5,360 nt of DNA from Rhizonema sp. NSF051 (GTDB taxonomy: Bacteria > Cyanobacteriota > Cyanobacteriia > Cyanobacteriales > Nostocaceae), in the NCBI GenBank assembly GCA_029379265.1, contig JAQYWN010000583.1, positions 1-5,360 of the forward strand. The letters run 5' to 3'. Of the stretch, positions 1 through 5,049 are shown piece by piece (the stretch's first letter is position 1; the number at the start of each line of letters is the position of its first letter). The notes below the pieces were generated by a model. That model ran no database searches. It saw only the letters and a program-made list of their open reading frames with translations, and was not told the origin of the DNA. The position numbers and the translations under genes are program-made.

Positions 1-35
1 AGGTACAACATTAATAATGTTGTACCTAATTTTTT
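1..35 (+). terminator. Rho-independent terminator-like hairpin at the left window edge
   Basis: A perfect 10-bp stem AGGTACAACA (1-10) / TGTTGTACCT (18-27) has a 7-nt loop TTAATAA. It is followed after AA by a T6 run (30-35). The stem is only 40% GC and may extend beyond the window. It would terminate a + strand gene lying upstream of the window. Confidence 0.45.
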
Positions 36-43
36 AACTTCCT

Positions 44-74
44 AATTTTTACTTGACTAACGTTAGTAAAAATT
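44..74. repeat. AT-rich perfect 10-bp inverted repeat enclosing a 10-bp palindrome
   Basis: AATTTTTACT (44-53) is the exact reverse complement of AGTAAAAATT (65-74). The palindrome CTAACGTTAG (57-66) overlaps the spacer and the right arm. The structure is certain; its function (operator or hairpin) is unknown. Confidence 0.6.
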
Positions 75-248
75 GAGTTTGTGCAAAATATCAATAATCC
101 CTTGAAACAGTCTCTACATCAGGTATAGAGTCTACGTCATTAAACCCTCAAAAGCTAACGTAGGATGTCATCATACTGCATTTTCCCGATTTCTCCTTTC
201 AGAACACTGGGATATATAATGAATGTGAACAAACGACATGTTCTAAAA

Positions 249-274
249 GCTCTTACAGTGTACGTTGTAAGGGC
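249..274 (-). terminator. Hairpin A, candidate minus-strand (possibly bidirectional) intrinsic terminator
   Basis: GCTCTTACA (249-257) pairs with TGTAAGGGC (266-274): 9 bp with one G-U on the + strand RNA or one A-C mismatch on the minus strand RNA, and an 8-nt loop. Read on the minus strand, the stem is followed by TTTTAGAA. On the + strand it is followed by TTTACTT. Confidence 0.3.
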
Positions 275-306
275 TTTACTTATCAGAATAGAGCTTCAAG
301 AAAGTA

Positions 307-336
307 AAACCCTTACAATATAAACTGTAAGGGTTT
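307..336 (-). terminator. Hairpin B, candidate minus-strand (possibly bidirectional) intrinsic terminator
   Basis: AAACCCTTACA (307-317) pairs perfectly with TGTAAGGGTTT (326-336): 11 bp with the 8-nt loop ATATAAAC. On the minus strand the GC-rich core stem is followed by TTTTACTTTCTT. On the + strand only TTT follows the core. Confidence 0.35.
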
Positions 337-720
337 CGACGTCATATGGTGTAATTGCTACCTTATTATACTGGCATTAGTAGGGTGGAAAGTCGGGTTT
401 TAGATTTATGACGACTTAGAGATAGAACAGGCGTACAGTAGGGATTAGGAGCATACTACACATTAAAGGTCTGCTGGTTGCGTTCGTTGTCTAAAATGAT
501 GACTGCTTTTTCTTCAAATCAGGTGTCAAGTGTTCTGGAATTCCCTCTAACTAAATAACGTTACACCTAACTTTGTAAGCAAATTCAACAGATTCCCCAG
601 TACCCAAGGCATTATAGAAGCCAGTTGCAAATTTGATGGCTGCGCGATGCCAAAGGCAACGGCGGTATCGCCGTATCGCCAATCTCTTTATTCATGCCAA
701 TGACATAGGGGATATGTTGA

Positions 721-728
721 GCGATCGC
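721..728. repeat. HIP1 octamer GCGATCGC
   Basis: Exact GCGATCGC. Highly iterated palindrome 1 is characteristic of many cyanobacterial genomes. Two copies in 5.4 kb is far above the chance expectation for an 8-mer. Confidence 0.8.
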
Positions 729-764
729 TCGAAGAGCGGATTTCACCCCCATTGATCTATGGTT

Positions 765-814
765 GCGGGTTATTAAGGACAAGCTCGCTGCGCTCACGGT
801 CCTTAATAACCCGC
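765..814. repeat. Perfect 16-bp inverted repeat (stem-loop element) of unknown function
   Basis: GCGGGTTATTAAGGAC (765-780) is the exact reverse complement of GTCCTTAATAACCCGC (799-814). The 18-nt spacer is AAGCTCGCTGCGCTCACG. Neither strand has a U-tract after the stem, so it is not a canonical terminator. Confidence 0.7.
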
Positions 815-956
815 TTGAAAATATGTATTCCACGTTAGTCGGATTTCGTTGACCTGCTCCATCACTCATGAGCCGAGACTTAAGCTACAAGTTTTTTATT
901 TCCATTGCGGAATTGGCAACAGAAATTATGTGGTAATAATAAGATGCCGTGCTTAC

Positions 957-960
957 GAGG
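957..960 (+). promoter_or_regulatory. Shine-Dalgarno-like GAGG for the 967 ORF
   Basis: GAGG lies 6 nt upstream of ATG 967 (cgaGGtagtatATG by eye). Confidence 0.55.
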
Positions 961-966
961 TAGTAT

Positions 967-1359
967 ATGGAGCCATTGACTGCTGGTGCGATCGCAATTG
1001 GAACTGTAATTGCCACCAAAGCATTAGAAAAAACGGGCGAAAAGGTAGGGGAATCTCTATGGGATAAAACTGGTAAGTTTCTCGTTACCCTCAAAAAACA
1101 CTCTCCCCATACTGTAGTTGCTATTGAAAAAGCACCAGAACAACCACTCGATTATGGTAAAGCTGTATTGGAAGTAGAATTAGCAGCTAAAGCTCATCCT
1201 GAAGTCAATCAATCTATGCAGGAATTGATAGCAGCAGCACAAGCTGTGGAGAAATCTCAACATCCATATGCTCCCGCTTTTATTCAAAACATCCAAAAAG
1301 CTATTAATGCGGCTCAAAATCAAACCATTGACCAAAGAGGTAGTATTTTCAACATATGA
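967..1359 (+). CDS. Hypothetical 130-aa helical protein; candidate N-terminal effector/adaptor module of the downstream NLR (BELL/HeLo-like or EAD-like, unverified)
   Basis: It starts at an ATG with a GAGG SD and runs 130 codons to TGA 1357-1359. The N-terminus PLTAGAIAIGTVIATKAL is uncharged and rich in small residues. The remainder looks amphipathic-helical (KALEKTGEKVGESLWDKTGKFL, LDYGKAVLEVELAAKAHPEV, MQELIAAAQAVEK). The tail is N/Q-rich. It sits directly upstream of, and in frame with, the NB-ARC gene. Confidence 0.7.
   Translation: MEPLTAGAIAIGTVIATKALEKTGEKVGESLWDKTGKFLVTLKKHSPHTVVAIEKAPEQPLDYGKAVLEVELAAKAHPEVNQSMQELIAAAQAVEKSQHPYAPAFIQNIQKAINAAQNQTIDQRGSIFNI
988..995. repeat. HIP1 octamer GCGATCGC (inside the 967 ORF)
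   Basis: Exact GCGATCGC, the second copy in the window. Confidence 0.8.
1357..1359 (+). other. Single in-frame TGA (UGA-C context) between the two same-frame ORFs
   Basis: 967 and 1420 are 453 nt apart (151 codons). The only stop between them is TGA 1357-1359, followed by C. Codons 1360-1419 are open (LKPSEGECARYILEDLKKQP). Confidence 0.95.
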
Positions 1360-1419
1360 CTGAAGCCGTCCGAAGGGGAATGTGCGCGGTACATTCTTGA
1401 GGATTTAAAAAAGCAGCCA

Positions 1420-4400
1420 GTGGGTACTCCAAGCAACTTGCCTTTAACTAATGCCAAGTTTGTGGGGCGCGGCTCAGAATTGCAGTTGGTTCACGAAAAG
1501 TTGCAGCAATCTCGTACCGTTGCCATTTCGTCGGTTTCTGGCATGGGTGGCATTGGTAAAACGGAGCTGGCGTTACAGTATGCCTATGCACAGCTCTACC
1601 AAAATGTTTATCCAGGCGGAATTTGTTGGCTGGGTGTGCGTGAACAAGATATCGGTATTGGTCTTATAGATTTTGCTCGTTTACAGCTTGGTTTACCCGA
1701 ACCACCAGAAGACTTGAGCCACCTCCAGCAAGTGGAATGGTATTGTCGGCGATGGAAGGGACAGTCAATTCTGATTGTGATTGATGATGTCACGCATTAT
1801 GAAGTTATTCAACCCTATTTAAAAAAGTTTGATCCGCGCTTCAAAGTATTAATAACTACACGCTTGAAAATTGGGACATCCGATCAGCGATTAGATTTAA
1901 CTGTGCTTACAGAAGAGATATCTTTGGAACTGCTACAAGCCTTAGTAGGAGACCCTAAGCGCATTAATTCTCAGCTTGACGATGCCAAAGTATTGTGTGC
2001 ATGGTTGGGATATTTGCCGCTCGCACTAGAGCTAGTGGGTCGGTATCTAGAGAAAAAGCCTGATTTAAGTCTTGCAGAAGCATTGGAGCGCTTGAAAGCA
2101 AGAAAGCTAGAAGCTCAGGCTCTTATCAAAGTTAAAAGCGGCATGACAGCAACCTTAGGGGTGGCAGCTGCATTTGAGTTGAGTTGGCAAGAACTGGATG
2201 ACTTTGCTCAAGCTTTGGGTGAACTCCTCAGTATATTTGCTCCAGCGCCGATTCCTTGGGAATTAGTGGAACAGTGTACTGATATTTTAGAGGCGACCGA
2301 AAAATCACCAAACTGGGAACGAGAAAACATCGAGAATTATCGTGACGATGAACTCATTGGACACAATTTATTGCAGCACGTTGGAACCAAACACTATCAA
2401 CTGCATCAACTGATTCGGGAATTTTTTGTAACAAAGCGCGAACAACGGAAAGATACAGAAAGCTTAAAATATGCCTTTTGTTTTGGAATAACATCTGTCA
2501 GACTACTTATCCCAGAAGTAATTACATTGCCTATCAGCGAACAGTTAAAATCTTGGATTCCCCATCTGGAGGAAGCTGCTGCCCTCTTAAGCCCTTGGAT
2601 TACCAACTCAGAGATGACGATGACGTTCATCCTTTTACAAGGTAATGAACCCGCATTAATCATTGGTCAATTCTATGAATTCCAAGCCGTCTATGCAGAA
2701 GCAGAACGTTGGTATAAACAATGTCTTGAATTTCTGGAAAATTGCTTAAGTGATGATCCTCGGAGTACTGCATCTTTTCTAAAGGAATGGGCACGACGTA
2801 AGCAAGACAAAGAGTCTGTCGATTTTGTAATCTTTCAATTGAAAGAGCTTGAATCTGGTATTTCCACGATCCTCAATGAGTTAGCTCGACTCTACCAGTT
2901 ACAAGGACGGTATAGAGAAGCTGAACCTTTTTATCTAAAATCGCTTGAAGCTCAACAAAAAATATACGGTAACGATCATCCCAAGGTTGCACTGTCTCTC
3001 AATAATTTAGCAACACTTTATTTGGAGTATGGACGTGTCATGGATGCCGAATCCCTGCTCATCCAATCTCTCGACATTTATAAAAAACAACTTGGTGATG
3101 ACGATCCCGAAGTCACACAATGTCTCAACAATTTAGCGGGAATTTATATGATGGAGTGGCGTTGTCGCGAGGCAGAATCTATTTGGATGAAGTCTCTCAG
3201 GACTTACGAACAGCATTATGGCAGCGAGCATTCTAAAACAGCATTAGTACTCGCCAACTTGGCAAAACTTTATTTTCAGCAAAGACTTTATGGTAAGGCT
3301 GAACCCTTTTATTTAAGAGCATTTGAAATCTATCAACGGCAGTTTGGAGACAATCATCCTGATGTTGCCAAAGCCATGAGCAACTTAGCAAACCTGTATG
3401 CAGAACAAGGATGCTATAGCGATGCCGAACAACTGCAATTGAGATCACTTGAAATAACTCAGCAAATATTTCCAAATGGACATCTTGATGTCTCAAACGT
3501 TCTCATTAGAATGGGGGATCTTTACGTCAAGCAAGGACGCTATGCTGATGCTGATTCTGCCTACTTGAAGGCACTAGAAATTCATCAAAATTTGTTTGGA
3601 GAGGATAATGTCAATATCGCAATCATTAGTAATTTAGCGTGGGTATATATACGCCAAGGACACTTCAATACCGCTGAATCACTTTACCTAAAAATTATTG
3701 AACGGCAAAACCAGTTTGATCGTTTTAGTGCTTATGGCATTCCTATTGGTTTAGCGCAAGTTTACTCTCATCAAGGACGCTTGAATGAAGCAGAGTCGCT
3801 TTTGTTACAGTCATTAGAAATTCAGAAGCAACAGCTTGGCGACCATCATCCTGAACTAGCTACCAGTCTCAGCACTATAGCAGAAATCTACCGATTGCAA
3901 GGACGGCATTCGGAAGCAGAACCCCTTTTATGTCAGGCATTTGAGATTGATCGACAGTGTTATGGAGAGAATCATCCTCTGGTGGCAGATAGTCTCACAA
4001 GATTGGCTTTAATCCACCGGATGCAGGGACGCTATCAGGAAGCCGAGCCTCTCTTACAGCAAGCCCTCGATATTTATCAACAGCATTTTGGCTATGATCA
4101 TGCCAACGTTGCGGTCATTCTCAACAATTTGGCATTGGTTTACGATGCTCAAGGACACCCCGAAAAAGCCGAACATCTGTTAAAGCAAACCCTTGAGATT
4201 CGCCTGCGCCTGCTTGGAGCCGATCACCTTGAAGTTGCGACCTGCTTCAACGATCTTGGCATCATCTACCGCAACCAAGGACGCTATGCTGAGGCAGAAT
4301 CGCTGTTTCTGCAAGCTCGTGACATTTATCAACGGCAGCCTGATGGCGATCATCCTGACATGGCAGGGAATTTTTATCAGTTAGCAGAACTGTATTCTTT

Positions 4401-5049
4401 GCAAGATCGCTACGATGAGGCAAGACCGCTTTATCTCAAATCATTAGAAAGAGTGCAACATCAGTTTGGACTGACCCATCCTAATATTCTGGCTCATCTA
4501 ATGAAACTTGCAAAAATCTGCAACGTGCAAGCGCGTTATGCTGAGGCAGAATCGTTCGCTATCAAGGCTTTGATAATCGCTCGTCCGCTGTTCGGAGATA
4601 ATCATTCTGCGGTGGCGTTGTCCCTGAACCAATTGGGGCTTGCTTACCTCTCGCAAGGGCACTACCGAGAAGCCGAACCGTTGCTGCTGAAAAGTGTGGA
4701 TATTTTGCAAAGCCATTTTGGGCAGGATCATCCAATGCTAGTATCTGTTCTCAGCAATTTAGCAGAACTCTATTTCTCTCAGAAACGCTTTCCAGAGGCA
4801 GAACCGCTCGTGAGACAAGCCCTCGCTATTAACCAACAGCAATTTAGCAACGATCATCCCGAAGTTGCCTATCACATTCATCATCTGGCAATTTTGTCTA
4901 GCTCACAGGGACGCTATCAAGAGGCAGAATCCCTCTTTTCTAAAGCTTTGACTTTGTTTGAAGAACATCTCGGTGTTGCCCATCCTACAACAATGAATGT
5001 TCGTCAGAACTATGCCAAACTTTTACAGTGGATGAGTAATCATGAGTGA
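1420..5049 (+). CDS. STAND/NLR-like ATPase: NB-ARC domain plus 17 TPR (kinesin-light-chain-like, TPR_10/TPR_12-type) repeats
   Basis: The ORF is 1209 codons. NB-ARC motifs by eye: FVGRGSEL (aa 14-21), Walker A GMGGIGKT (nt 1540-1563), Walker B ILIVIDD (1768-1788), KVLITTR, GYLPLAL (2008-2028) and LHQ in the MHD position (2401-2409). A long TPR array follows. The start is uncertain: GTG 1420 is the first canonical start after the upstream stop and has no well-placed SD. Confidence 0.93.
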   Translation: MGTPSNLPLTNAKFVGRGSELQLVHEKLQQSRTVAISSVSGMGGIGKTELALQYAYAQLYQNVYPGGICWLGVREQDIGIGLIDFARLQLGLPEPPEDLSHLQQVEWYCRRWKGQSILIVIDDVTHYEVIQPYLKKFDPRFKVLITTRLKIGTSDQRLDLTVLTEEISLELLQALVGDPKRINSQLDDAKVLCAWLGYLPLALELVGRYLEKKPDLSLAEALERLKARKLEAQALIKVKSGMTATLGVAAAFELSWQELDDFAQALGELLSIFAPAPIPWELVEQCTDILEATEKSPNWERENIENYRDDELIGHNLLQHVGTKHYQLHQLIREFFVTKREQRKDTESLKYAFCFGITSVRLLIPEVITLPISEQLKSWIPHLEEAAALLSPWITNSEMTMTFILLQGNEPALIIGQFYEFQAVYAEAERWYKQCLEFLENCLSDDPRSTASFLKEWARRKQDKESVDFVIFQLKELESGISTILNELARLYQLQGRYREAEPFYLKSLEAQQKIYGNDHPKVALSLNNLATLYLEYGRVMDAESLLIQSLDIYKKQLGDDDPEVTQCLNNLAGIYMMEWRCREAESIWMKSLRTYEQHYGSEHSKTALVLANLAKLYFQQRLYGKAEPFYLRAFEIYQRQFGDNHPDVAKAMSNLANLYAEQGCYSDAEQLQLRSLEITQQIFPNGHLDVSNVLIRMGDLYVKQGRYADADSAYLKALEIHQNLFGEDNVNIAIISNLAWVYIRQGHFNTAESLYLKIIERQNQFDRFSAYGIPIGLAQVYSHQGRLNEAESLLLQSLEIQKQQLGDHHPELATSLSTIAEIYRLQGRHSEAEPLLCQAFEIDRQCYGENHPLVADSLTRLALIHRMQGRYQEAEPLLQQALDIYQQHFGYDHANVAVILNNLALVYDAQGHPEKAEHLLKQTLEIRLRLLGADHLEVATCFNDLGIIYRNQGRYAEAESLFLQARDIYQRQPDGDHPDMAGNFYQLAELYSLQDRYDEARPLYLKSLERVQHQFGLTHPNILAHLMKLAKICNVQARYAEAESFAIKALIIARPLFGDNHSAVALSLNQLGLAYLSQGHYREAEPLLLKSVDILQSHFGQDHPMLVSVLSNLAELYFSQKRFPEAEPLVRQALAINQQQFSNDHPEVAYHIHHLAILSSSQGRYQEAESLFSKALTLFEEHLGVAHPTTMNVRQNYAKLLQWMSNHE
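1459..2427 (+). other. NB-ARC (AP-ATPase) nucleotide-binding and winged-helix module within the NLR
   Basis: The motifs FVGR, GMGGIGKT, hhhhDD, LITTR, GxLPLAL and LHQLIREFF occur in the canonical NB-ARC order and spacing (established Pfam NB-ARC signature, recognised by eye). Confidence 0.85.
2872..5046 (+). repeat. Array of 17 coding TPR units (42 aa / 126 nt) plus a C-terminal partial cap
   Basis: The recurrent pattern is LNNLAxLYxxQGRYxEAEPLxxxxLEIxxxxxGxDHPxVAxx, with units starting at aa 485, 527, 569, 611, 653, 695, 736, 775, 817 ... 1153. At the DNA level, TATGCTGAGGCAGAATCG is exact at 4285-4302 and 4537-4554 (252 nt = 2 units apart). CAGGGACGCTATCA occurs at 4024 and 4906 (882 nt = 7 units apart). 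Confidence 0.9.

Noticed and set aside
165-323. 52-aa ORF (or 34 aa from ATG 219) with a hydrophobic core VLKALTVYVVRALLIRI, considered as a type I toxin-like peptide
   Set aside because: It is read straight through the palindromic hairpins, which generate hydrophobic codons fortuitously. Only a weak GGGA precedes ATG 219. I cannot assess conservation, and it falls below any length supporting a call.
737-847. 8-bp direct repeat CGGATTTC (737-744 and 840-847) flanking the 16-bp inverted repeat, as possible target-site duplications of a MITE
   Set aside because: The sequence just inside the direct repeats has no terminal inverted repeats, because the inverted repeat is internal. One 8-bp match within about 100 nt is not improbable by chance.
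612-869. 85-aa minus-strand ORF (MSDGAGQRNPTNVEY...)
   Set aside because: It has no SD-like sequence upstream of its ATG and no recognisable motif. A third of it is read through the perfect 16-bp inverted repeat and a HIP1 site, giving a palindrome-derived peptide. It is most likely a chance ORF in intergenic DNA, although a degraded gene remnant cannot be excluded.
914-940. Sigma70-like promoter for the 967 gene (TTGGCA 914-919, AATAAT 935-940)
   Set aside because: The spacer is only 15 nt and the region is generally AT-rich, so such hexamers are expected by chance. It cannot be supported without TSS data.
849-1094. ORFs 849..1067 (+) and 885..1094 (-) overlapping the start of the 967 gene
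   Set aside because: These are out-of-frame or antisense shadows of the better-supported 967..1359 ORF. Their products are Cys/Arg-rich or compositionally odd, and they have no SD.
1357-1398. TGA 1357 as a selenocysteine codon with the 1378-1396 hairpin as a SECIS element
   Set aside because: The hairpin is short (6 Watson-Crick pairs) and I see no SECIS-like apical loop features. A Sec residue in a linker between domains has no catalytic rationale. Sec decoding machinery is uncommon in cyanobacteria. Nonsense mutation, gene fission or simple leaky termination are more parsimonious.
1279-1470. Matched amyloid (BASS-type) motif pair between the C-terminus of the small protein and the N-terminus of the NLR
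   Set aside because: The tail NQTIDQRGSIFNI has no visible counterpart in MGTPSNLPLTNAK or in the open upstream codons LKPSEGECARYILEDLKKQP. The defining paired-motif criterion of the BELL/NLR amyloid relay is therefore not met by eye. Only the gene order and the N/Q-rich tail fit.
1451-4731. Six short ORFs inside the NLR gene (1451..1669 +, 1608..1793 -, 2406..2663 -, 3233..3496 -, 4193..4384 +, 4498..4731 -)
   Set aside because: All are alternative-frame or antisense shadows fully embedded in a 3.6-kb ORF that has clear NB-ARC and TPR motifs. None has a recognisable motif of its own.
2872-5046. 126-nt periodicity as a CRISPR array or noncoding tandem repeat
   Set aside because: The periodicity lies inside a continuous ORF and corresponds to 42-aa TPR units. 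The repeats are only partly conserved at the DNA level, and there is no repeat-spacer organisation.
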